Part shown: positions 1 through 11,519 of the stretch, piece by piece | How the letters are laid out: each line of letters opens with the position of its first letter | Numbering within the stretch: position 1 is the first letter of the stretch | DNA from: Macrostomum lignano | Lineage: Eukaryota | Assembly (NCBI GenBank): GCA_002269645.1 | Contig: NIVC01004913.1 | Location: 1-31,735 of the forward strand | Length of the DNA stretch: 31,735 bases | Reading direction: 5' to 3' | Notes under the pieces: generated by a model | What the model saw: the letters and a program-made list of their open reading frames with translations, nothing else | What the model was told of the DNA's origin: nothing | Database searches by the model: none | Position numbers and translations under genes: made by a program

Positions 1-1444
1 TTCGTTGCCGCCTTACTCCCTCTCTCCCGTCTGTCATGTCTAATCTCTCCACTCATTTCTACTCTGTTTTCTATCATCTAATCTCTCTTTCTCTTTTCAT
101 TATTCTCTTTACTCTCTTCTCTGACTGATTGAAGATGCCAAATCCATCATGATCCTCTCCGCGAAGCAGAAATCTTGTCTGTGCAACTGAAAACCATCGA
201 AATCCTCTCCGTGAAACTGGACTCCTTCGAATCCTCTCTTGAAACTTAAATCCATCAAAATCGTCTCCATAAAACAGAAATATCATAAATTATCTCCGCG
301 AAACAGAAATCCTCTCCGTGAAGCTGAACATCATCGAATCCTCTCTTCATGAAACTGAACACTATCGAAATCCTCTCCACGATACAGAAATCCTCTCCGT
401 CAAAATTAAAACATTATCTCCGCTAAACTGGACTCAATAGATTTTTTTCCGTCAAACAACTCAACTCTCCGGATTCATTGGTTAGGGTTTAGGGTTTAGG
501 GTTAGGGTTAGAACTACGACAGCTTTCTTTAAGGCACTGATAAAAATATTGAACTAATTGAATCAATTCATTGCGCAACCGATTTCACAGTCAGTCAGTA
601 TCAGTCTCAGTTAAAGTTAACAAAAACATTGCGCAATCTAAATCAACCCTCCAATACACAGCAGCAGTGAGAAGTTGAACCCTCCCCCAACTTTATCTAT
701 TTACGTCTCGCAAAACTGAGTACAATTTTTGCAGAAAGTTAAAAGTTATGGAAATAGTGTTTTAAATGCTGTGCTTTTTCTTTTCATATTTCAAGCATAC
801 AACTTATATCCTCAAACTCTGCGTTGCAGCTCTTTCCAGCAATATAAGTGTCTCCTCTAAAAGTTTAAAACTCGAGGAACAGTTAGCGTTTGAAATTTAC
901 CGATTTCCCGACTTCTTGCTAGAGAAGCTCGCAAGTTTATTCATTGAATTTCACTGCCAAACTAATACACAGGACTGCCTATGGAAAAAGGCGCAATAAT
1001 AAAACAAATGAATCTCGACACAGTCTATCTATTTACACTGTACAACTGCTATGTACACTCAGTCCAAGCCAACCCCCGTTCTGGGGCGAAGCTGTTAAAT
1101 TTAACTCAACCCCCAACACGCGGGGGGTTTTATTTGCATTGAACGCAGAACACGCGCACCACCACCCCTCAATACACAGCGGCCCGCGGGCGGAGGTTGG
1201 GTGGTGGCTACTTTTACAAACTGGCTGCAGCCCAGGCAGAGTAGCAAAAGAAGGTTATTGGGGTCAAGAATGCAGTTTTCTGCTTTTTTGAGGATCTTAG
1301 AAATTAAAATTTCAGAATTAAAATAGCCTATAGCCGACCTCGGATAATTTCCAATCTTCCCATATAAGTTTCAACGCTAGTTGGCACTATTCAAGGAGGA
1401 GTTGTCGAAATGACAGACAAACAACACGTGAACTTTAGTATATG
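1..1444 (-). mobile_element. U0: partial Helitron-like unit (5' part), diverged, with a unique GC-rich segment
   Basis: End of CT tract, 30-bp minisatellite, TTAGGG tract, module, then 5' terminal segment. The 5' terminus is degenerate (CATATACTAAAG on minus). Confidence 0.65.
482..511 (+). repeat. Interstitial telomere-like tract, TTAGGG with two TTTAGGG variants
   Basis: TTAGGG TTTAGGG TTTAGGG TTAGGG TTAG read directly. Confidence 0.92.
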
Positions 1445-1453
1445 TAAGTGGAA

Positions 1454-1470
1454 CTCCTCCTTCGGAGGAG
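1454..1470 (-). terminator. Helitron-type 3' hairpin CTCCTCC-GAA-GGAGGAG
   Basis: Perfect 7-bp stem and GAA loop on minus, 9 nt from the junction. Confidence 0.75.
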
Positions 1471-1599
1471 AAAGGGGAAGAACTCCCATCACCGGAATTC
1501 TATTCCCTGAAATATCCATCAACTGAAATTGCATGTCTTCAACCCTATCTTCCAAATCGTCTCCAAATTCTTTACAAAATCTTTCAAAGACCATAGCTC

Positions 1600-2310
1600 A
1601 AAGACTCTCAAGTCTCTCATATCTCCTCTCTCCTCTCTCTCATCTCATCTCTACCCCTGCTCCCTTATTTATCTCTTCTCCTCGTCTTTCGTCTGTACCT
1701 TCTCCTGTCTTCTGTCTCCTCTCTTCACTCTTATCTCTCCCTCTTCTCTCCTCTCTCATATGTCATCTCTACTCACTTATCTATCGTCTCTCTTAACCCT
1801 CTCTCTCTCTTCTCTTTTCTCTTCTCTCTGCTCTCATTTCTCATATTTCATATACGCTCTGACACTACTTTCTTGTCTCCCATCTTTCTTCCTCCTTTTC
1901 ACTATCCCCTGTCTCTTCTCCTCTCTCTTTCTATTCTCTCCATTCTCTCTTTTCTCCTTTCCTTGCTCCTTTCATCTCTCCTCTCTCCTCACTCTCTTCT
2001 CCTTTCGCTTCTCTCTCCTCTCTCTCCTCTCATCTTTACTACCTTATTTATATCTTCTCCCTAGTCTTTCGTCTGTACTCTCTCCTGTCTCCTCTCTCCC
2101 CTCCTCTCTCATCCCTCATCTCCTCATCTCACTCTTTCTTTCTCCTCTACTCTCCCCTCTCTTCTATTGCCTCTGTACGCTCTTATCCCTCATCTATTCT
2201 CTCTCCGATCATCTCCAATCTGTCATGTCTAATCTCTCCACTCAATTATACTCTGTTTTCTATCATCTCTTCTCTCTTCTCTTTTCAGTCTTCTCTTTAC
2301 TCTCTTCTCT
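1600..2310 (+). repeat. Polypyrimidine (CT-rich) low-complexity tract, type A (also ~6260-6970, 8510-9220, 11650-12365, 13900-14610, 19795-20515)
   Basis: Built from CTCT/CCTCT/CTCAT words with very few G on the + strand. Near-identical among the listed copies. Confidence 0.93.
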
Positions 2311-2703
2311 GACTGATTGAAGATGCCAAATCCATCAAGATCCTCTCCGCGAAGCAAAAATCCTGTCTGTGCAACTAAAAACCATCGAAATCCTCTCAGT
2401 GAAACTGGACTCCTTCGAAATCCTCTCCTTGAAACTTAAATCCATCAAAATTGTTTCCATAAAACAGAAATCAATCATAAATTATCTCCGCGAAACAGAA
2501 AGCCTCTCCGTGAAGCTGAACATGATCGAAATCCTCTCCGTGAAACTGAACACCATGGAAATCCTTTCGTGAAACTGAACATCATCGAAATCCTCTCCAC
2601 GAAACAGAAATCTTCTCCGTCAGAATTTAAACATTGAAATCGTCTCCGCTAAACTTGACTTAATCGAATTTTTTCCGTCAAACAACTCAACTCGCCAGAT
2701 TCA

Positions 2704-2743
2704 TTAGGGCTAGGGTTAGGGTTAGGGTTAGGGTTAGGGTTAG
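2704..2743 (+). repeat. Interstitial (TTAGGG)6 with one CTAGGG
   Basis: Read directly. Confidence 0.95.
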
Positions 2744-3661
2744 AACTACGCACAGCTTCGTGTTAAAAGGCACAGATAAAAATATTGAACTAATTGAATC
2801 AATTCATTGCGCAACCGATTTCACAGTCAGTCAGTATCAGCCTCAGGTAAAGTTAACAAAAACATTGCGCAATCTAAATCAACCCTCCAATACACAGCAG
2901 CAGTGAGAAGTTGAACCCTCCCCCCAACAATCTTTGCAGATTAAAGTACAATCTTTGCAGAAAGTTAAAAGTATGGAAATAGTTTTTCAAATGCTGTGCT
3001 TTTTCTTTTCATATTTAAAGCAAACAACTTATATCCCCGAACTCAGCGTTGCAAGATCTTTCCAGCAATATAAGTTTCTCCTCTCAAAGTTTAAAACTCG
3101 AGGAACAGTTAGCGTTTGAAACTTTCTGATTTAAAGCATTGAAGTATCGAGTGTACGTTCACTGCCTGCTTGCAAGTTGATGCATTGAATTTCAATGTCC
3201 AACAAATACACAGGACTGCCCATTGAAAGGCAGGAAAACTTATCAGTAGCCATATCATTGCGCAATTATCTATAAAGTCAGCCAGTGAGCCAGGGTCCAA
3301 GTGTACACACGCAGCCACTGAGAACGCTCCCACCCCCCACTGGAAAGAAAATACACTACAGAGATAGGGAAAAGTTGTGGCGCAATCACTAAAAATTCAT
3401 GCATTTTTCAGCTCCAAGCAGAAAGAGGGGACAATTAAGATTATCAAAGGTCAAGACCGCCGTTTTCTGCTTTTTTGAGGATCTTAGAAATTAAAATTTC
3501 AGAATTAAAATAGCCTATAGCCGACCTCGGATAATTTCCAATCTTCCCATATAAGTTTCAACGCTGAGTTGCCACTATTCAAGGAGGAGTTGTCGAAATG
3601 ACAGACACACAGACAGACAGACAGACAAACAACACGTCAACTTTAGTATTAACGAGTGGAA

Positions 3662-3678
3662 CTCCTCCTTCGGAGGAG
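3662..3678 (-). terminator. Helitron-type 3' hairpin
   Basis: Identical 17-mer followed by TTCCACTCG on minus. Confidence 0.78.
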
Positions 3679-3809
3679 AAAGGGGAAGAACTCCATCACC
3701 GGAATTCCATTCCCTGAAATCCATCAGCTGAAACTCCATGACTTGAATCCCATCTTCCAAATCGTCTCCAAATTCTTTACAAAACCTTTGAAAGACCATA
3801 GCTCAAAGA

Positions 3810-4470
3810 CTCTCACGTCTCTCATATCTCCTCTCTCCTCTCTTCGCTATTATCGTGACTCTCTTCTCTCTCCTCTCTCTCATCTCATCTCTACCCCTAC
3901 TCCCTTATTTATATCTTCTCCCTGGTCTTTCGTCTCTACTCTCTCCTGTCTCATTTCTCCCCTCTTTTCTCCTCTCTTCTCTCTCCCCTCTCCTCCCTCA
4001 TCTCTCATCCTTCATCTCACTCTTTCTTTCTTCTCTACTCTCCCCTCTCTTCTATTTCCCCTGTACGCTCTTATCCCTCATCTCTATTCTCTCTCCTATC
4101 ATCTCTCCAAATTCTTTACAAAACCTTTCAAATACCATAGCTCAAAGACTCTCACGTCTCTCATATCTCCTCTCTCATATCTCTTCCCTCATCTCACTCT
4201 TTCTTTCTCCTCTACTCTCCCCTCTCTTCTATTTCCTCTGTACGCTCTTATCCGTCATCTATTCTCTTTCCTATTATCTCTCTTGTCTCCCTCTGCTATC
4301 TCATATCTCCCCTCTCATCTCCTCTCTCCTCTTCTCTTCTCTCTCCCTCTTCGTTTCCGCCTTACTCCCCTCTTCTCTTCCATCGGTCATGTCTAATCTA
4401 TCCACTCATTTCTACTCTGTTTTATACCATCTCATGTCTCTTCTCTTTTCGATCTTCTCTTTACTCTCTT
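3810..4470 (+). repeat. CT-rich tract, variant with internal duplication
   Basis: Same composition. A second copy of TCTCCAAATTCTTTACAAAACC... starts at 4104. Confidence 0.9.
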
Positions 4471-4674
4471 TTATGACTGATTGAAGATGCCAAATCTATC
4501 AAGATCCTCTCCGCGAAGCAGAAATCCTCTCCGTGAAACTGAAAACCATTGAAATCCTCTCCGCGAAACAGAAATCCTCTCCGTGAAACTGAAAACCATC
4601 GAAATTATCTCTTTAAAACTGGACTCAATCGAAATTTTCTCCGTCAAAAAGAATAAAATATTAGGATTCATTGG

Positions 4675-4708
4675 TTAGGGTTATTGTTAGGGTTAGGGTT
4701 AGGGTTAG
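4675..4708 (+). repeat. Interstitial TTAGGG tract with a TTATTG variant
   Basis: Read directly. Confidence 0.9.
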
Positions 4709-6110
4709 AGCTACACACAGCTGCGTGTTTAAATAAAAAATTGAGCCAATTGAATCAATTGATTGCGCAACCGATTTCAAAGTCAGTCAGTATCAGTCTC
4801 GGGTAAAGTGAACAAAAAGATTGCGAAATTTAAATCAACCCTCCAGTACACAGAGACCGGCCCCTTTTCAATACGCAGTGGCAGTTAGAAATTTAACCCG
4901 GGTGTTGGGGGCATTGAACTAAAAATGAGTACAATCTTTGCAGAAAGCTAAAAGTATGGAAATAGTTTTTGTATGCTGTGCTTTTAGTCTTTATATTTAA
5001 AGCAAACAATTTATATCCTCGAACTCAGCGTTGCAAGATCTTTTCAGCAGTATAAGTCTCTTCTCTTAAAGTTTAGAACTCGAAGAGCAGTTAGCGTTTG
5101 AAAGTTCCCGTTTTAAAGCATTGAAATATCGAGTGTACGTTCACTGCCTGCCAAAGAGGCTCGCAAGTTTATTCATTCATTACACAGGCCGGCTATTACA
5201 CAGGGCAGCCTATTAAAAGGCACAGATAATGAAAAAAATTGATGTCGCAACCGATTTCACAGTCAGTCATTATCAGTCTCAGTTAAAGTTAACAAAAACA
5301 TTGCGCAATATAAATCAACCCTCCAATCCACAGCAGTAGTGAGAAGTTGAACCCTCCCCCCAACTTTATCTATTTCGTCTCGCAAAACTGAGTACAATAT
5401 TTGCAAAAAGTTAAAGTATGGAAATAGTTTTTCAAATGCTGTGCTTTTTCTTTTCATATTTAAAGCAAACAACTTATATCCCCGAACTCAGCGTTGCAAG
5501 ATCTTTCCAGCAATATAAGTTTCTCTTTTCAAAGTTTAAAACTCGAGGAACAGTTAGCGTTTAAAACTGTCTGATTTATTGCATTGAAGTATCGAGTGTA
5601 CGTTGACTGCCTGCTTGCAAGTTGATGCATTGAATTTCAATGTCCAACAAATACACAGGGCTGCCCATTGAAAGGCAGGAAAACTTATCAGTAGCCATAT
5701 CATTGCGCAATTATCTATACAGTCAGCCAGTGAGCCAGGGTCCAAGTGTACACACGCAGCCACTGAGAACGCTCCCACCCCCCACTGGAAAGAAAATACA
5801 CTACAGAGATAGGGAAAAGTTGTGGCGCAATCACTAAAAATTCATGCATTTTTCAGCTCCAAGCAGAAAGAGGGGACAATTAAGATTATCAAAGGTCAAG
5901 ATTCAAGTTTTCTGCTTTTTTGAGGATCTTAGAAATTAAAATTTCAGAATTAAAATAGCCTATAGCCGACCTCGGATAATTTCCAATCTTCCCATATAAG
6001 TTTCAACGCTGAGTTGGCACTATTCAAGGAGGAGTTGTCGAAATGACAGACAGACACACAGACAGACAGACAAACAACGCGTCAACTTTAGTATATATAG
6101 ACGAGTGGAA

Positions 6111-6127
6111 CTCCTCCTTCGGAGGAG
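6111..6127 (-). terminator. Helitron-type 3' hairpin
   Basis: Identical 17-mer followed by TTCCACTCG|TC on minus. Confidence 0.8.
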
Positions 6128-7389
6128 AAAGGGGAAGAACTCCCATCACCGGAATTCTATTCCCTGAAATATCCATCAACTGAAATTCCATGTCTTTAAC
6201 CCTATCTTCCAAATCGTCTCCAAATTCTTTACAAAATCTTTCAAAGACCATAGCTCAAAGACTCTCAAGTCTCTCATATCTCCTCTCTCCTCTCTCTCAT
6301 CTCATCTCTACCCCTGCTCCCTTATTTATCTCTTCTCCCTCGTCTTTCGTCTGTACCTTCTCCTGTCTTCTGTCTCCTCTCTTCACTCTTATCTCTCCCT
6401 CTTCTCTCCTCTCTCATATGTCATTTCTCTTACTTATCTATCGTCTCTCTTAACCCTCTCTCTCTTCTCTTTTCTCTCCTATCTGCTCTCATTTCTCATA
6501 TTCATATACGCTCTGACACTACTTTCTTGTCTCCCATCTTTCTTCCTCCTTTTCACTATCCCCTGTCTCTTCTCTTCTCTCTTTTCTATTCTCTCCATTC
6601 TCTCTTTTCTCCTTTCCTTGCTCCTTTCATCTCTCTCCTCTCTCCTCACTCTCTTCTCCTTTCGCTTCTCTCTCCTCTCTCTCCTCTCATCTTTACTACC
6701 TTATTTATATCTTCTCCCTAGTCTTTCGTCTGTACTCTCTCCTGTCTCCTCTCTCCCCTCCTCTCTCATCCCTCATCTCCTCATCTCACTCTTTCTTTCT
6801 CCTCTACTCTCCCCTCTCTTCTATTGCCTCTGTACGCTCTTATCCCTCATCTATTCTCTATCCTATCATCTCCAATCTGTCATGTCTAATCTCTCCACTC
6901 AATTATACTCTGTTTTCTAGCATCTCTTCTCTCTTCTCTTTTCAGTCTTCTCTTTACTCTCTTCTCTGACTGATTGAAGATGCCAAATCCATCAAGATCC
7001 TCTCCGCGAAGCAAAAATCCTGTCTGTGCAACTAAAAACCATCGAAATCCTCTCAGTGAAACTGGACTCCTTCGAAATCCTCTCCTTGAAACTTAAATCC
7101 ATCAAAATTGTTTCCATAAAACAGAAATCAATCATAAATTATCTCCGCGAAACAGAAAGCCTCTCCGTGAAGCTGAACATGATCGAAATCCTCTCCGTGA
7201 AACTGAACACCATGGAAATCCTTTCGTGAAACTGAACATCATCGAAATCCTTTCGTGAAACTGAACATCATCGAAATCCTCTCCACGAAACAGAAATCTT
7301 CTCCGTCAGAATTTAAACATTGAAATCGTCTCCGCTAAACTTGACTTAATCGAATTTTTTCCGTCAAACAACTCAACTCGCCAGATTCA

Positions 7390-7429
7390 TTAGGGTTAGG
7401 GTTAGGGTTAGGGTTAGGGTTAGGGTTAG
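7390..7429 (+). repeat. Interstitial (TTAGGG)6
   Basis: Read directly. Confidence 0.95.
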
Positions 7430-8359
7430 AACTACGCACAACTTTGTGTTAAAAGGCACAGATAAAAATATTGAACTATTTGAATCAATTCATTGCGCAA
7501 CCGATTTCACAGTCAGTCAGTATCAGCCTCAGGTAAAGTTAACAAAAACATTGCGCAATCTAAATCGACCCTCCAATACACAGCAGCAGTGAGAAGTTGA
7601 ACCCTCCCCCCAACAATCTTTGCAGATTAAAGTACAATCTTTGCAGAAAGTTAAAAGTATGGAAATAGTTTTTCAAATGCTGTGCTTTTTCTTTTCATAT
7701 TTAAAGCAAACAACTTATATCCCCGAACTCAGCGTTGCAAGATCTTTCCAGCAATATAAGTTTCTCCTCTCAAAGTTTAAAACTCGAGGAACAGTTAGCG
7801 TTTGAAACTGTCTGATTTATAGCATTGAAGTATCGAGTGTACGTTCACTGCCTGCTTGCAAGTTGAGCATTGAATTTCAATGTCCAACAAATACACAGGG
7901 CTGCCCATTGAAAGGCAGGAAAACTTATCAGTAGCCATATCATTGCGCAATTATCTATACAGTCAGCCAGTGAGCCAGGGTCCGATTGTACACAGGCAGC
8001 CATTTAGAACGCCCCATCCCCCCACTGGAGAGAAAATACACTGCAGAGATAGGGAAAAGTTGTGGCGCAATCACTTGAAATTCATGCAAATTTTCAGCTC
8101 CAAGCAGAAAGAGGGGACAATTAAGATTATCAAAGGTCAAGATTCAAGTTTTCTGCTTTTTTGAGGATCTTAGAAATTAAAATTTCAGAATTAAAATAGC
8201 CTATAGCCGACCTCGGATAATTTCCAATCTTCCCATATAAGTTTCAACGCTGAGTTGGCACTATTCAAGGAGGAGTTGTCGAAATGACAGACAGACATAC
8301 AGACAGACATACAGACAGACAAACAACGCGTCAACTTTAGTATATATAGACGAGTGGAA

Positions 8360-8376
8360 CTCCTCCTTCGGAGGAG
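8360..8376 (-). terminator. Helitron-type 3' hairpin
   Basis: Identical 17-mer followed by TTCCACTCG|TC. Confidence 0.8.
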
Positions 8377-9613
8377 AAAGGGGAAGAACTCCCATCACCG
8401 GAATTCTATTCCCTGAAATATCCATCAACTGAAATTCCATGTCTTTAACCCTATCTTCCAAATCGTCTCCAAATTCTTTACAAAATCTTTCAAAGACCAT
8501 AGCTCAAAGACTCTCAAGTCTCTCATATCTCCTCTCTCCTCTCTCTCATCTCATCTCTACCCCTGCTCCCTTATTTATCTCTTCTCCCTCGTCTTTCGTC
8601 TGTACCTTCTCCTGTCTTCTGTCTCCTCTCTTCACTCTTATCTCTCCCTCTTCTCTCCTCTCTCATATGTCATCTCTACTCACTTATCTATCGTCTCTCT
8701 TAACCCTCTCTCTCTCTTCTCTTTTCTCTTCTCTCTGCTCTCATTTCTCATATTTCATATACGCTCTGACACTACTTTCTTGTCTCCCATCTTTCTTCCT
8801 CCTTTTCACTATCCCCTGTCTCTTCTCTTCTCTCTTTTCTATTCTCTCCATTCTCTCTTTTCTCATTTCCTTGCTCCTTTCATCTCTCTCCTCTCTCCTC
8901 ACTCTCTTCTCCTTTCGCTTCTCTCTCCTCTCTCTCCTCTCATCTTTACTACCTTATTTATATCTTCTCCTTAGTCTTTCGTCTGTACTCTCTCCTGTCT
9001 CCTCTCTCCCCTGCTCTCTCATCCCTCATCTCCTCATCTCACTCTTTCTTTCTCCTCTACTCTCCCCTCTCTTATATTGCCTCTGTACGCTCTTATCCCT
9101 CATCTATTCTCTCTCCTATCATCTCCAATCTGTCATGTCTAATCTCTCCACTCAATTATACTCTGTTTTCTATCATCTCTTCTCTCTTCTCTTTTCAGTC
9201 TTCTCTTTACTCTCTTCTCTGACTGATTGAAGATGCCAAATCCATCAAGATCCTCTCCGCGAAGCAAAAATCCTGTCTGTGCAACTAAAAACCATCGAAA
9301 TCCTCTCAGTGAAACTGGACTCCTTCGAAATCCTCTCCTTGAAACTTAAATCCATCAAAATTGTTTCCATAAAACAGAAATCAATCATAAATTATCTCCG
9401 CGAAACAGAAAGCCTCTCCGTGAAGCTGAACATGATCGAAATCCTCTCCGTGAAACTGAACACCATGGAAATCCTTTCGTGAAACTGAACATCATCGAAA
9501 TCCTCTCCACGAAACAGAAATCTTCTCCGTCAGAATTTAAACATTGAAATCGTCTCCGTTAAACTTGACTTAATCGAATTTTTTCCGTCAAACAACTTAA
9601 CTCGCCAGATTCA

Positions 9614-9647
9614 TTAGGGTTAGGGTTAGGGTTAGGGTTAGGGTTAG
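9614..9647 (+). repeat. Interstitial (TTAGGG)5
   Basis: Read directly. Confidence 0.95.
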
Positions 9648-9689
9648 AACTACGCACAGCTTCGTGTTAAAAGGCACAGATAAAAATAT

Positions 9690-11060
9690 TGAACTAATTG
9701 AATCAATTCATTGCGCAACCGATTTCACAGTCAGTATCAGTCTCAGTTAAATTTAACCAAAAGATTGCGCAATTTAAATCAACCCTCCAGTACACAGAGA
9801 CCGACCCCTTTTCAATACGCTGTGGCAGTTAGAAATTGAACCCCCATCTGTTGGGGGCATTGAACCAAAAAATGAGTACAATCTTTGCATAAAGCTAAAA
9901 GTATGGAAATAGTTTTTTTGATGCTGCTCTTTTAGTCTTTATATTGAAAGCTAACAATTTATATCCTCGAACTCAGCATTGCAAGATCTTTTCAGCAGTA
10001 TAAGTCTCTTCTCTTAAAGTTTAGAACTCGAAGAGCAGTTAGCGTTTGAAAGTTTCCGTTTTAAAGCATTAAAATATCGAGTGTACGTTCACTGCCTGCC
10101 AAAGAGGCTCGCAAGTTGATTCATTCATTACACAGGCTGGCTATTACACAGGGCAGCGTATTGAAAGGCACAGATAATAAAACAAATTGATGGTGCAACC
10201 GATTTCACAGTCAGTCAGTATCAGTCTCAGTTAAAGTTAACAAAAACATTGCGCAATCTAAATCAACCCTCCAATACACAGCAGCAGTAAGAAGTTGAAC
10301 CCTCCCCCAAACTTTATCTATTACGTCTCGCAAAACTGAGCACAATTTTTGCAGAAAGTTAAAAGCATGGAAATAGTTTTTTCAATGCTGGGCTTTTTCT
10401 TTACACATTTAAAGCAAACAACTTATATCCCCGAACTCAGCGTTGCAAGATCTTTCCAGCAATATAAGTTTCTCCTCTGAAAGTTTAAAACTCGAGGAAC
10501 AGTTAGCGTTTGAATTTACCAATTTCCCGACTACTTGCTAGAGAAGCTCGCAAGTTTATTCATTGAATTTCACTGCCAAACTAATACACAGGGCCGATAA
10601 TAAAAAATGAACCAATTGAATCAATTGATTGTGCAATATATTTCTGTGTTAGTCAGTATCAGTCTCAGTTAAAGTTAACAAACAGATTGCGCAATCTAAA
10701 TCAACCCTCAAATACACACCGACCGACCTCCTAACTGTTGGGGGGTCGGTCGAACGCCATTGAAATCCTAAAATGAGTACAATCTTTGCAGAAAGTTTAA
10801 AGTATGGAAATAGTTTTTGCAATGCAGAGCTTTTAGTTTTCATATTTAAAGCAAACAATTTATATCCCTGAAATCAGCTTTGCAAGTTCTTTCCAGCAAT
10901 ATAAATTTTTTTCTCTCAAAGTTAAAAACTCGAGCAACAGTTTGCGTTTGAAACTTTCTGATTTAAAGCATTGAAATATCGATTGTACGTTCACTGCCTG
11001 CTAAAGAGGCCCGCAAGTTTATGCATTGAATTTCAAGGTTCAACAAAATCACAGGGCTGC
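9690..11060 (+). repeat. Three tandem copies of the ~0.44-0.48 kb AT-rich internal module (same arrangement at ~15080-16440)
   Basis: Anchor (T)GCGCAACCGATTTCACAGTCAGTCAGTATCAGTCTCAGTTAAAGTTAACAAA or variant at 9713, 10193 and 10631. Confidence 0.9.
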
Positions 11061-11502
11061 CTATTGAAAATTAGAACACAAATCTTTGCGCAATTGTCTA
11101 TACAGTCAGCCAGTGAGCCAGGGTCCGATTGTACACATGCAGCCATTTAGAACGCCCCATCCCCCCACTGGAGAGAAAATACACTGCAGAGATAGGGAAA
11201 AGTTGTGGCGCAATCACTTGAAATTCATGCAAATTTTCAGCTCCAAGCAGAAAGAGGGGACAATTAAGATTATCAAAGGTCAAGATTCAAGTTTTCTGCT
11301 TTTTTGAGGATCTTAGAAATTAAAATTTCAGAATTAAAATAGCCTATAGCCGACCTCGGATAATTTCCAATCTTCCCATATAAGTTTCAACGCTGAGTTG
11401 GCACTATTCAAGGAGGAGTTGTCGAAATGACAGACAGACATACAGACAGACATACAGACAGACAAACAACGCGTCAACTTTAGTATATATAGACGAGTGG
11501 AA

Positions 11503-11519
11503 CTCCTCCTTCGGAGGAG
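11503..11519 (-). terminator. Helitron-type 3' hairpin
   Basis: Identical 17-mer followed by TTCCACTCG|TC. Confidence 0.8.

Larger units (their letters stand above)
1445..3652 (-). mobile_element. U1: non-autonomous Helitron-like unit, 2208 bp, 1 module
   Basis: 3' hairpin 1454-1470; 5' end variant TTAATACTAAAG plus (GTCT)n. Confidence 0.72.
3653..6101 (-). mobile_element. U2: non-autonomous Helitron-like unit, 2449 bp, 2 modules
   Basis: 5' TCTATATATACTAAAG at 6101; 3' hairpin plus CTCG ending at 3653. Confidence 0.75.
6102..8350 (-). mobile_element. U3: non-autonomous Helitron-like unit, 2249 bp, 1 module
   Basis: Intact 5' TC terminus at 8350; hairpin plus CTCG at 6102. Confidence 0.78.
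8351..11493 (-). mobile_element. U4: non-autonomous Helitron-like unit, 3143 bp, 3 modules
   Basis: Intact 5' TC terminus at 11493; hairpin plus CTCG at 8351. Confidence 0.78.

Noticed and set aside
135-420. CRISPR array (regular short repeats, or constant flanks with variable slots)
   Set aside because: There are no unique spacers between identical repeats and no cas genes. The slot alleles recur and are related to each other.
2369-2572. MQLKTIEILSVKL... ORFs
   Set aside because: These are translations of the 30-bp minisatellite, with variable length and no start in some units.
6026-6046. AAGGAGG followed by ATG, resembling a Shine-Dalgarno start
   Set aside because: The context is eukaryotic repeat DNA and the ATG leads into a GACA microsatellite. 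The motif is better explained as the subterminal inverted repeat.
6111-6127. C(UUCG)G RNA tetraloop on the + strand
   Set aside because: The stem register gives 7 bp with a 3-nt TTC loop. A UUCG loop would mispair the stem. The minus-strand GAA triloop is the better reading.
6024-6251. Recurrent minus-strand ORF MVFERFCKEFGDDLEDRV... crossing the head-to-tail junction
   Set aside because: It recurs only because the DNA repeats. Its C-terminus changes frame with microsatellite length (STTPP, RQLLLE, or a 102-aa version at 13581), and I recognise no homology.
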